Origin: a virus
Length of the DNA: 64,000 nucleotides
IMG/VR virus record: IMGVR_UViG_3300028422_001962
Location: 9,413 to 73,412 of that record
Reading direction: 5' to 3' (one strand)
The translations under genes and the position numbers were made by a program. Shown here piece after piece: positions 49,479-58,780 of the stretch. The notes under the pieces were generated by a model. The model ran no database searches and had not been told where the DNA came from. It saw only the letters and a program-made list of their open reading frames with translations. Position 1 is the stretch's first letter, and every line of letters starts with the position of its first letter.

Positions 49479-50132
49479 ATGAAAAAAGGATTAACGGAAT
49501 TAGTATTTATACTCGACAAAAGCGGATCGATGGGTGGATTAGAAACCGATACTATAGGTGGCTACAATACTATGCTTAAGAAGCAGCAGACGGTCGATGG
49601 CGAATGCCATATCACAACGGTGCTTTTTGATAACAACTACGAGCTACTCCACGACCGTATAGATATCAAGGCGGTCAGCCCAATCACCGAAAAGGAGTAC
49701 CAAGTCGGCGGATCAACTGCGCTTCTTGACGCAATTGGGAGGACGATACACAAAATCGGCAATGCCCAGCAGCACACCGCCGACGATTACCGTGCAGAAA
49801 AGGTCATGTTCGTCATCATCACCGACGGCGAGGAGAACAGCAGCCGCGAGTACAGCTCGGACAAAGTCAAGGCGCAGATTGAGCGGCAGAAGGCAAAATA
49901 CGGTTGGGAGTTTATCTTCCTTGGCGCGAATATTGACGCTGTGCAGACAGCTTCGCGCTTCGGCATAGCACCCGACCGCGCTCAGAATTATCACGCTGAC
50001 AGCGAGGGCGTGGAACTCAACTTCCGTGTAATGAGCGAGGCTGTCGCCACCTTCCGAGAATGCGCCGCCATGCCGGAGGGTTGGAATGACGAGATACAGA
50101 AGGACTATAAACGACGCGGCAGCAAGCGTTAA
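49479..50132 (+). CDS. von Willebrand factor A domain protein
   Basis: MIDAS DKSGS, TALLDA, ITDGEEN. Confidence 0.9.
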   Translation: MKKGLTELVFILDKSGSMGGLETDTIGGYNTMLKKQQTVDGECHITTVLFDNNYELLHDRIDIKAVSPITEKEYQVGGSTALLDAIGRTIHKIGNAQQHTADDYRAEKVMFVIITDGEENSSREYSSDKVKAQIERQKAKYGWEFIFLGANIDAVQTASRFGIAPDRAQNYHADSEGVELNFRVMSEAVATFRECAAMPEGWNDEIQKDYKRRGSKR

Positions 50133-50169
50133 TAAGAGATGATCGTAGCCTACTGCGTAAGGAGAAAAT

Positions 50170-51930
50170 ATGAGTATTATAAAACATAATTTATTGCCCA
50201 AGCAAAAGTCGCGTAAAAACCATCTTGAAGTTGAGGTAGATTTATATCCTTACGCATCAGAGCTATATGACGAATTGAATTCTTTGGGAATAATTCAAAG
50301 AATGAAAGAAATACCCCAGTTGGGAGTTATCAAGGTTCCGAAAAAGCTTGAAAAAAGCAGATACGATTATGTAATGCTGCAATTGTACTTGCATCAGCTT
50401 ATTAAAAATAAATTACAGAGTCAGTTAAGACTGACATATAACAATCCGGTAAAATCTTATGAATTCAGGCCTGATTACCATTACAATACAAAAGAAGACA
50501 AGCCAACTATCGGTGATGTCCTTCAGCTACTTACAATCGTGTATAACATCGGCCATTTTTATAATACATTTACATCCTCACGAGCAGTCACAATGATGGC
50601 CACCGAAGATGATACATTTAAGAAAATGATTGTATCTGCTTCGACTGACAATAAATATGCACCTGTTGTAAATAAGCTACTTACAGACAATGATTATCAA
50701 CACTTTCACCTGATAAATTCTATTTTGATTTTGGAGCATTGCGACCAAGCTAAACAATCAGTAATACTGGCAAAGGAAATATTATATGCATACATAAACG
50801 AGAAGAGTTTACCCACTGAGAGTAAACTCGCATATGCATTTTCAGTTTTTAGAAATGTCCGCACCGTATCCTATATGGCGTATGATTTACAAATTGCCAA
50901 CACACCGCTTACTATAGATTTGTGTAATCAAGACGCCGTTCTGGTTTTGCTCAGGGAATTATTGTCAGAATATAACAATAGCAGGTCTTCATCCAGACTT
51001 ATCGAATCAGTTAGCAAATTGCTGGATGATACGGTGTATAACGAAAACTCAAATGCTATCTGCTATTATAAAATATCAAGGAAAATCGTTTCATTCCTTC
51101 AAAGGAAAGAGTACTTCGAGGAAAGAAAATATTTCGATGATTTTTTTCTCAATAGAACGAGTTTATTAAATTGTTCCTATTCACACAATAGAGATTACGT
51201 ACAAGAGGCAATATTAAAGATTACTTTTCAACGAAGTGAAAGACATATATCTGAGGATACTTTTTTCACACTTGAACGCATTAATAATACTCGTGTTGGG
51301 TATTATGATCGACATACTGGTGAGCAAACGATACTGGTTTCTCTTAAAAAACATTGCGCTTCAAAGACTGCTGCTGCTCTTCATGTATTAAGAACCGTAG
51401 TAGGTGCTCTGAGAAAAATTGAAGGTATCGCGCCAAATGATATCCGTTTTTTGCTATGCGTTAAATTCTTCTTGTTCTATTTATTTAACGAAAATCCTGT
51501 TTTGATTAAGCCAACAATCGATGAACACACCTGCGTTATATGTACAAGAGGAAAAAACAGTCGAATAACTGAAGTCAAAAAACTTCTCAATGATGGGTGT
51601 GGAAATCCAGATCAAAATCATGAAGCGGCATTTATGGTTAATTGCTTAGAAGAAGATAAGCTGAATGATACTACAATATGTGTCCCCGCAAGTATAGTAG
51701 TTTATCAAAAAGATGCCGTTGGCCGAAAACTCTGTGAATTTGATGGAATCGTTATACGTCCTATGCGAAAGCAGAAACAAGTATTATTTCTTGAAGCTAA
51801 AAACACTACAGATAAGCCTTCACTTGCAAAAAATTGCTTAATCGAAAAATTAGATAAATTGTCATTTTCATATTCAGCAACTGATATCCAGACAGTTAAT
51901 TATGATGCAGAATTAGAAGTTACAATCTAA
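50170..51930 (+). CDS. Degenerate HD-domain protein fused to a C-terminal PD-(D/E)XK nuclease
   Basis: QRMKEIPQLG..SRYDY, YNIGH, VSYMAYD match HD motifs without the metal ligands; C-terminal EFDG..LEAK. Confidence 0.65.
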   Translation: MSIIKHNLLPKQKSRKNHLEVEVDLYPYASELYDELNSLGIIQRMKEIPQLGVIKVPKKLEKSRYDYVMLQLYLHQLIKNKLQSQLRLTYNNPVKSYEFRPDYHYNTKEDKPTIGDVLQLLTIVYNIGHFYNTFTSSRAVTMMATEDDTFKKMIVSASTDNKYAPVVNKLLTDNDYQHFHLINSILILEHCDQAKQSVILAKEILYAYINEKSLPTESKLAYAFSVFRNVRTVSYMAYDLQIANTPLTIDLCNQDAVLVLLRELLSEYNNSRSSSRLIESVSKLLDDTVYNENSNAICYYKISRKIVSFLQRKEYFEERKYFDDFFLNRTSLLNCSYSHNRDYVQEAILKITFQRSERHISEDTFFTLERINNTRVGYYDRHTGEQTILVSLKKHCASKTAAALHVLRTVVGALRKIEGIAPNDIRFLLCVKFFLFYLFNENPVLIKPTIDEHTCVICTRGKNSRITEVKKLLNDGCGNPDQNHEAAFMVNCLEEDKLNDTTICVPASIVVYQKDAVGRKLCEFDGIVIRPMRKQKQVLFLEAKNTTDKPSLAKNCLIEKLDKLSFSYSATDIQTVNYDAELEVTI

Positions 51931-51958
51931 AAATATGCTTTATTATATTGAGAACCCT

Positions 51959-52012
51959 CGCTAACGATTTATACTTGCGCTAACGAAACCTAAACCTGCG
52001 CTAACGATTTAT
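51959..52012. repeat. Three short direct repeats CGCTAACGA
   Basis: Copies at 51959, 51978 and 51999. Confidence 0.7.
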
Positions 52013-52081
52013 CCGGCAAATGAACACTGTATCAAAATTATCAGCCTTTGCCAACGGAGGCGGCGAGACTCTAACCCTATT

Positions 52082-52274
52082 ATTGACTTGTTTCCGAGAA
52101 CGGATTAAAACAAAATAAAAGTGTGGATATATTTCCACGAACGGAGATTATCCCAAAAACCATCATCGACCTATTCCCGAGAACGATAAATCAGCAAACC
52201 ACATACCAGACATCAATATGATGCTATCGTTCCATGTGGAGAGTGTTGTATTGATAACAAGAAAAGATAGGTAA
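52082..52274 (+). mobile_element. Element junction 2: att-like repeats plus displaced 3' tail of a rumA/rlmD-type gene
   Basis: IDLFPRT/VDIFPRT/IDLFPRT-like 21-mers, the conserved end sequence, then HVESVVLITRKDR* (52233-52274). Confidence 0.8.
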
Positions 52275-52498
52275 ATGTTTAGAAAGCCTTGAAATAAAGG
52301 GGTTTCGAGGATAGGGTAGAAACTCTGGCTCTCGGATTTTTTTGCTGCCACCTCCTCCATCTCACCAAGCCATAGGAAAGTTAAGTAGCAAATATAATAT
52401 ATATTTATATAGCAAAGAGAAAAATATATATTATACATTGAAATGTTTATACAAATTTGATATACTTAATTCAAACCAATAACAGGGGAGTAAGGACG

Positions 52499-53467
52499 AT
52501 GGAAAAGAACAGCAGGCTTTTATGCCTTCTGCAGTTATTGCAAAGAGAAACTGATGAGGAGCATATGCTGACAACTTCGCAGCTCATAGCAAAACTTGCT
52601 GAGCTTGATATTTCATCCCATCGTGAAACAATAGCCTCGGATATTAAGCTGCTCCAAAATGCCGGTTATGATATTATCTGTAATAAAAGCACACAAAATA
52701 AATACTTTCTTGCAAGCCGTGAATTTGAACCAGTGGAACTTAAAATGCTTGCCGATGCGGTTAATGCGGCACAGTTTATTTCAGCAGATAAATCTAAACA
52801 GCTCATAGATAAGCTTTTTTCATCTGTAAGTAAATATCTAGAGGAACAGCTTAAATGTTCTGTAAATTCTGCGAACCTCAACAAGCATAACGGAAATTCA
52901 TGCATATATTGTGCAGACCTAATAAACACCGCAATTGCTCAGGGTGTTAAGATAAAATTTCAATATTATGAGTATACGGCAAAAAAAGAAAAAGTGCTGA
53001 AGCATAATGGCTTCACATATACAGTTAGTCCATATGCGACAGTATGGAATGATGACCGCTATTATCTTGTCGGATATTGTGAAAAGCATAAAGATATTAC
53101 TGTTTTCAGAATTGACAGAATAACGAATATAGCGCTCACTAAGAATATCTCAAAGCCTTGTCCAGAAGATTTCTGCCTCAAGGCTTTCCTTTCACAGACA
53201 TTTAAAATGTTTCATGGTGAGCTTTCTGAAGTGAATCTTAAATGTCATAGTAAGCATATGAAGGCAATTGTAGATAAGTTCGGGGATAATGTTAAAACAG
53301 AAATAATTGATAAAAACTATTTTTCTGCAAAGGTTAACGTTGAACTCAGTCCAACGTTTTATAGCTGGATTTTTCAGTTCAAGGGAGAACTTGGCATACA
53401 ATCACCACAAAAAGCAATTGACGAATTTGTGCAAATGATAGAAAGCGTTAAACAGGTGTCGGAATAA
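52499..53467 (+). CDS. WYL domain transcriptional regulator (wHTH-WYL-WCX)
   Basis: N-terminal HTH; VSPY..DRYYLVG..FRIDRI. Confidence 0.9.
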   Translation: MEKNSRLLCLLQLLQRETDEEHMLTTSQLIAKLAELDISSHRETIASDIKLLQNAGYDIICNKSTQNKYFLASREFEPVELKMLADAVNAAQFISADKSKQLIDKLFSSVSKYLEEQLKCSVNSANLNKHNGNSCIYCADLINTAIAQGVKIKFQYYEYTAKKEKVLKHNGFTYTVSPYATVWNDDRYYLVGYCEKHKDITVFRIDRITNIALTKNISKPCPEDFCLKAFLSQTFKMFHGELSEVNLKCHSKHMKAIVDKFGDNVKTEIIDKNYFSAKVNVELSPTFYSWIFQFKGELGIQSPQKAIDEFVQMIESVKQVSE

Positions 53468-53490
53468 TCCGTCACCTGATTTTTTGTCTA

Positions 53491-53547
53491 TTGACGTAGG
53501 AACGTTTGTTTGATAATATATAAGCAGACGTTCACAGTAATGAGAAC
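53491..53547 (+). promoter_or_regulatory. Sigma-A promoter with SOS-box-like spacer and downstream operator
   Basis: TTGACG-N17-TAATAT; GAAC-GTTT-GTTT in the spacer; GTTC-N10-GAAC at 53530-53547, repeated at 54704-54721. Confidence 0.6.
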
Positions 53548-53573
53548 ATAGCTCAAAGAAAGGGGTTAGCTAA

Positions 53574-53948
53574 ATGACTTTCGGCGAATACATAAAAGAA
53601 AAACGTCTGGAAAAAGGCATTACACTGCGAGGTTTTGCAGAAATGATCGACATATCTCCAGTGTATATGTGCAACCTTGAAAAAGGCAGACGTGCGGCAC
53701 CTAGTGAAGTTGTGCTGGAAAGCATATCATCAAAACTTATGCTCAGCAAAGAAGAAAAAGATATGCTTTATGATCTTGCATCAAAGGAACAAACTGCTAA
53801 AAATCCTGTTCCGAAAGACCTTAATGGATTTCTTAAGGACAATAGAGTTATCGTTTCAGCACTCAGAACTGCAAAAGATCTTGACGCAACAGACGAGGAG
53901 TGGCAAGAGTTTATTGACAAACTTAAAAACAGTCGTGAAAATCAATAG
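53574..53948 (+). CDS. XRE family HTH repressor
   Basis: TLRGFAEMIDISPVYMCNLEKGRRAAP; similar to 5911-6303. Confidence 0.9.
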   Translation: MTFGEYIKEKRLEKGITLRGFAEMIDISPVYMCNLEKGRRAAPSEVVLESISSKLMLSKEEKDMLYDLASKEQTAKNPVPKDLNGFLKDNRVIVSALRTAKDLDATDEEWQEFIDKLKNSRENQ

Positions 53949-53966
53949 AAAGGACAAGCAAAATAT

Positions 53967-54569
53967 ATGGGAGATATCTGTTATAGAAAAAGCACATTGG
54001 ATTTAATAGCAAATAAATTACTAAAGAATTATCAGCATGGTAAATTTCTATATGGTGATCCACAGTCTGTTCCGATAGAACAGATAATAGAGCTTGAATA
54101 CGGACTTAATATTGAATATGTCTGCCTTAGAAAAAATGGAACTGTTCTCGGACAAACTGTGTTTGAAAACTGCTTTGTGCCTTTTTATGATAGTGACAAT
54201 GAGCAGTACAGTATTATGGAAGTTCAGTCAGGAACGATACTCGTTGATATTTCTCTACTTGAGGACGAAAACAGCGGTAGGCTGAGATATACTCTTGCAC
54301 ATGAACTCGCACATTGGCTTATTCATCAGAAAATATATGAAAATTCACAGCAGTCAGCGGCTAAAGTTGATGGAAATATTGACTGTCAAACCGAATGGCA
54401 GGCTGATACTCTCGCTGCTTCAATTCTTATGCCGAGAATGCAGATTAAAAAAGCCTTCTACAAGACTTTAAATTTATCTGCAAAAGGAAAAATATCATAT
54501 ATGGCAGAGCTTTTCGATGTTTCAAAGCAAGCAATGTCAATTTGCCTTAAAACACACAACATGATATAG
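53967..54569 (+). CDS. ImmA/IrrE family metallopeptidase
   Basis: RYTLAHELAHW, EWQAD..ILMP, FDVSKQAM. Confidence 0.88.
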   Translation: MGDICYRKSTLDLIANKLLKNYQHGKFLYGDPQSVPIEQIIELEYGLNIEYVCLRKNGTVLGQTVFENCFVPFYDSDNEQYSIMEVQSGTILVDISLLEDENSGRLRYTLAHELAHWLIHQKIYENSQQSAAKVDGNIDCQTEWQADTLAASILMPRMQIKKAFYKTLNLSAKGKISYMAELFDVSKQAMSICLKTHNMI

Positions 54570-54738
54570 CTGTAAACAAATACTAATTTTCTTTTAAAGT
54601 ATAGACAAAAAAACTTGCACAGATCCATTAAGCAAAGGCTTTACACAGATTTCTTATATACTTTATTGGCGGAAATTAGTATCGGCTATTTTTTAACCGT
54701 GGTGTTCCCTAAATTGAGAACAGAAAGGACAAAACATA

Positions 54739-54942
54739 ATGGTGAATACGAATTCTCAAAGGTACGAGATGGAAAAACATAAAATTATACAACAACTTAG
54801 ATGTCCTATATGCCATGCACGGCTGGCAGATCAGAAAAAATGGTGCAGTCACAGAATAATTGCTACTGACGCCGACAAAGGTGATTTCGTTACCAAATGT
54901 CCAAAGTGCAAAAATGTAATTGGATTATCTGCGGAACATTAA
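54739..54942 (+). CDS. Small zinc-ribbon protein (Com-like)
   Basis: LRCPICHARLAD..KCPKCK; same position as 4949-5104 in the other cascade. Confidence 0.72.
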   Translation: MVNTNSQRYEMEKHKIIQQLRCPICHARLADQKKWCSHRIIATDADKGDFVTKCPKCKNVIGLSAEH

Positions 54943-55054
54943 AATTTAATATGTAATTCAGTTTACTAGTACAGAGCATCATCCACCCATCAGTGAATAT
55001 GGGTTTTGGATTGCAACAGCGTTTTGCAGTCTTAATATTGGGAACAGTATGAAT

Positions 55055-55161
55055 GAGGTAGAAGCCTGACAGTAGCTTTTAAAGCTATGTCGGATTTCTG
55101 CCTCTTTTTATGTCCTTACGGCTTTAGAAGCATAATTTTCTAAAGAAATAAGGACTTTTTT
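55055..55161 (+). terminator. Two tandem terminator-like hairpins in the sigma-gene leader
   Basis: GAGGTAGAA..TTCTGCCTC-TTTTT and GTCCTTA..TAAGGAC-TTTTTT. Confidence 0.65.
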
Positions 55162-55255
55162 ATGCTTAATTTTAAATGGCTGTGCTTTCTAGCCAAGTAT
55201 CCATAGCCTTTGTTTTGATTTTACCACAAACAAAAATCAAAACGGAGGAAAGAAA

Positions 55256-55762
55256 ATGGATAAAAAATATGAGAGGTTTGACCTCAGAATTGAATACAAA
55301 AGCTTTGTCGGTGATAAGCCGATTGTTATAATTTCAAATTTACCGCTTTCTCAGCTAATTGCCGAGTATCCCGAATTAAATGCAAGTCAATTTCAGCTTT
55401 ACACACCTGCAGAGTGGAATGAAGTAAAGTCGGTTTTCACTGCATCTTGGAATAACAATATGAAATACAAAATGCGTGATATTCGCCATGCTGATATGGA
55501 CGGATATCTTGAAGGCGATACCGAGCAGATAATTAAAAATATTGAAACCTCTACCGTGGAGGATAAGGCACTTGCAAATTTTGATAAAGAATCACTTTTG
55601 TCAGCTTTGGAATGTCTTAACGAAAATCAGAAAAGACGTATCACTCTGTATTATTTTCATGATCTTACATATCGGCAGATAGCTGAAATTGATAGTGTTT
55701 CAGACAAGTCAGTTCGGGAATCAATTTCTGGTGCAATAAAAAAATTGAAAAAACTTTTATAA
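55256..55762 (+). CDS. Sigma-70 region 4 (ECF-like) regulator
   Basis: LNENQKRRITLYYFHDLTYRQIAEIDSVSDKSVRESISGAIKKLKK. Confidence 0.85.
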   Translation: MDKKYERFDLRIEYKSFVGDKPIVIISNLPLSQLIAEYPELNASQFQLYTPAEWNEVKSVFTASWNNNMKYKMRDIRHADMDGYLEGDTEQIIKNIETSTVEDKALANFDKESLLSALECLNENQKRRITLYYFHDLTYRQIAEIDSVSDKSVRESISGAIKKLKKLL

Positions 55763-55809
55763 ATACCCCTCTCAAACAGCCTCTCTCTGTTAGTAAAAGT
55801 GAAAGGGTA

Positions 55810-56186
55810 AAAAAGAACCCTTTCAAAAGTCCCACGAAGTGAGACTATGGTAACTTTAAAACTGAATAACAGCATCAGAAATACGTTAATCTCACAGCCG
55901 GTATAAAATCTCGGCAGCCACCGAAGAATTACGCTTGCGATAAATTTTTCTTCAGCCTTTGAATAGCTTTCAAAGTCGGCGATGAAATGTGAGAGGATAA
56001 TGATACTTCCGCCCAGCCACAGAATCAACCAATGGGGGCGGCTCTGGGAGAACCTCAGAGAGATGAGAAGTCTATGAGATAAAAAAGCTATTTATCGTTT
56101 CTGATGTTCCGCCGTAACGGATGTTGAGGACAAATATTACGGTGGCAAAACGAAATTATCAGGCAGGCTCTGTCCTGCCTGTTTTT
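55810..56186 (+). ncRNA. Candidate large structured non-coding RNA (boundaries approximate)
   Basis: No credible ORF; several long-range complementary segments; ends in terminator CAGGCAGG-N6-CCTGCCTG-TTTTT. Confidence 0.55.
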
Positions 56187-56212
56187 ACATAAAAACAGAA
56201 AGAGGAAGATAA

Positions 56213-56386
56213 ATGGGTAATAAAAATACAAATTTAAATCACAACGGCATCACTGTTAATGCTGAGTCAGTAAAAATTCCTACAAATCATAAGTGCTATA
56301 AATGCATCTGGGCAAACACAGAATCCGGGCGGATATTTTGTTTCAGAAAACCATGCGTGAGGGAGGCAAAGAAAAATGGTAATTAA
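56213..56386 (+). CDS. Small Cys-rich protein (57 aa)
   Basis: MGNKNTNL..HKCYKCIWANTESGRIFCFRKPCVREAKKNGN; RBS AGAGGA; overlaps the mazF-like start. Confidence 0.6.
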   Translation: MGNKNTNLNHNGITVNAESVKIPTNHKCYKCIWANTESGRIFCFRKPCVREAKKNGN

Positions 56387-56717
56387 ACGCGGAGATATAT
56401 TTTATGCAGATCTAAACCCTGTTTTCGGTTCAGAGCAAGGCGGATATCGTCCTGTTCTTGTAATTCAAAATGACATAGGCAATCAGCACAGTCCTACAGT
56501 TATTGTTGTTCCGATTTCATCAGTCGGCAAGAAAGCCTATCTGCCTGTGCATATAAATATTTCAGATACCAAACTTTTGCCGAAGGACTCAGTTATTCTT
56601 CTGGAACAGATACGAACACTGGATAAAAAGAGGCTAAGTGAATATGTTGGTTCATTTGAATGCGAAATGATGCAGAGGATTGATAGGGCTATAAAAATAA
56701 GTGTGGGGGTAACGTGA
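56376..56717 (+). CDS. mazF: PemK/MazF family endoribonuclease
   Basis: RGDIFYADLNP..GSEQGGYRPVLVIQNDIGN..SPTVIV, LEQIRTLDK. Confidence 0.9.
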   Translation: MVIKRGDIFYADLNPVFGSEQGGYRPVLVIQNDIGNQHSPTVIVVPISSVGKKAYLPVHINISDTKLLPKDSVILLEQIRTLDKKRLSEYVGSFECEMMQRIDRAIKISVGVT

Positions 56718-56828
56718 ACTGCTTTCACGTATAAAAATTGATTTTTTGTACTTAAGTACAAAATTTTGCTTACACAAAATCATCAATTTTTCAATAGGCA
56801 AGAATTCATAAAATGAAGGGAGATATTT

Positions 56829-56990
56829 ATGATTAGATATGGACAGGCGGAATATGCAATATTTATCATGAAACAGGTTACCGAAAAGCTGAGAAATCAG
56901 AATATTATCACAGAAGAGCAGTACAGACAACTTACAGCTAAAAATCAGGATGATTGTTATAATCAGTTCTGCACAGCGAATGCCGCTTAA
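56829..56990 (+). CDS. Small SHOCT-like protein (53 aa)
   Basis: MIRYGQAEY..KLRNQNIITEEQYRQL; AAGGGAG RBS; precedes the recombinase cluster. Confidence 0.55.
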   Translation: MIRYGQAEYAIFIMKQVTEKLRNQNIITEEQYRQLTAKNQDDCYNQFCTANAA

Positions 56991-57060
56991 TTTTGTTGGC
57001 TTTGGTGATAGCTATTCAATAAAAACTATGGTAATGTATGTAGTAAAAAAAGTGGGGTGA

Positions 57061-57169
57061 AAGTTTGAAAGATAAATCTTCCAAACCACGAGTTTTGTGC
57101 CTTTGAAGAATTAATTCTTCAATTTCCAATGCACCCTTCGGGTTCATCGGAAACCGTCACAAAACATCG
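57061..57169. repeat. 109-nt multi-hairpin element, copy 1
   Basis: 9 substitutions relative to 60598-60706 by manual alignment; directly before the RBS of recombinase 1. Confidence 0.9.
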
Positions 57170-57187
57170 CAAATAGTTAGAAAGGGA

Positions 57188-58735
57188 ATGGTTATAAACA
57201 TGAGCAATGTTACAGTTATTCAGCCAACAATATCAGATGAAAAAACAAAGATCCGCGTTGCTGCATATTGTCGCGTAAGTTCTGATTCAGCTGACCAGAT
57301 AAATTCATTTATGGCACAGGTCACATTCTATGAAAATTTTCTTTCAGACAGCACAACACAACAATTTGTCGGAATTTATGCTGATGAGGGTATTACCGGC
57401 ACAAGAATTGACAAGCGTGATGAATTTAAAAGGCTTATGCATGACTGCCGCAGAGGAAAAATCGATAGGATTATTACAAAATCCATATCCCGTTTTTCAA
57501 GAAATACAAAAGATTGCCTGACTTCAGTGCGAGAGCTCAAGGAGTTGGGTATTTCAGTTTTGTTCGAAAAAGAAGACATTGATACAGCAAATATGACAGA
57601 TGAAATGATGATAACTCTTATGGGCGGTCTTGCACAGGAAGAATCGGTGTCAATTTCTAATAATGTTCGGTGGGGAATACGTAAACAAATGCAGAATGGA
57701 ACATTTATAGCGTCCTCTGTTCCATATGGGTATAGACTCATTGATAAAAAGCTTATTGTTGTAAAATCAGAGGCGGAAGTTGTTAGAAAGATATTTCAGA
57801 TGTACCTTGAAGGCAATGGCATAAATACAATTGCAGCTGAGTTACGCTCATTAGGCTTGGAAAGAGAAAATTCTGAATGGGGTAAAAATGCGGTAAGATA
57901 TATTCTTTCAAATGAAAAATATATCGGTGAATCAACATTTCAGAAATGGTATATGACATCAACCTTGCCTTATAGGTGCAAAGAAAACAAGGGCGAACTC
58001 GACAAATATAACGTAACGGATCACCATGAGCGGATTATTTCAAAAGAAGTTTTTCAATCGGTGCAAAAACTTATTAAAAAGAGGGGAGAAGTAAAAGTCG
58101 GAAATACATATTCTCAGTGCCCACTTTCGGGTAAAATATATTGCGGAGAATGTGGTACATTGTTTAAATTCAAGCAACGCAGAACCTATGGATGCTGGGT
58201 GTGCAGACGACATGATGAAAGTGCAGAGAACTGCTCTGCAAAACAAATTTCGGAATTGGATGTTTATAACACTTTCGTATGCCTTTACAATAAGCTGAAA
58301 CAGAATTACAAGCAAATTCTTCTGCCACTGCGGTCACAGCTACAGGAGCTTAACCTGAAGAAATTCAGCGGAAACAATAATGTGCTTGATATTCATAAGG
58401 AAATCGCTCAGTTTAAAGAACAGACTCATGTGCTTGCAAGGCTTAAAACAAAAGGATTTCTTGATGATGTAAAATATTACGAACAGACAAATGAGATTAC
58501 TTCAAAGATAAATAAGCTTCAGCAAAAACTTCGTCAGCTGACTCAAAGCGATGATGAGGACGATATTATTGAACAGATTTCATTGCTGATATCAATTCTT
58601 GAAAAAGATAATAATATGCTTACGGAATTTGATGATAATATCTTTGAAAGCGTGGTTGAGAAAATTATTGTCAAATCGCAGACAGAACTTGAATTTCAGC
58701 TTATCGGCGGAATGAAATTTAAAGAAAAATGTTGA
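57188..58735 (+). CDS. Large serine recombinase 1 (start may be 57200)
   Basis: AAYCRVSS, KSISRFSRN, PYGY recombinase domain, CGECG zinc ribbon, coiled coil. Confidence 0.93.
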   Translation: MVINMSNVTVIQPTISDEKTKIRVAAYCRVSSDSADQINSFMAQVTFYENFLSDSTTQQFVGIYADEGITGTRIDKRDEFKRLMHDCRRGKIDRIITKSISRFSRNTKDCLTSVRELKELGISVLFEKEDIDTANMTDEMMITLMGGLAQEESVSISNNVRWGIRKQMQNGTFIASSVPYGYRLIDKKLIVVKSEAEVVRKIFQMYLEGNGINTIAAELRSLGLERENSEWGKNAVRYILSNEKYIGESTFQKWYMTSTLPYRCKENKGELDKYNVTDHHERIISKEVFQSVQKLIKKRGEVKVGNTYSQCPLSGKIYCGECGTLFKFKQRRTYGCWVCRRHDESAENCSAKQISELDVYNTFVCLYNKLKQNYKQILLPLRSQLQELNLKKFSGNNNVLDIHKEIAQFKEQTHVLARLKTKGFLDDVKYYEQTNEITSKINKLQQKLRQLTQSDDEDDIIEQISLLISILEKDNNMLTEFDDNIFESVVEKIIVKSQTELEFQLIGGMKFKEKC

Positions 58736-58780
58736 GAAATCGTGTTGATTGTGGTATAATAAATGAAAGGTGGTGCTGAT

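Noticed and set aside
57061-57169. Multi-hairpin element as a tRNA
   Set aside because: No T-loop or D-loop consensus, no 7-nt anticodon loop, and the geometry does not fit.
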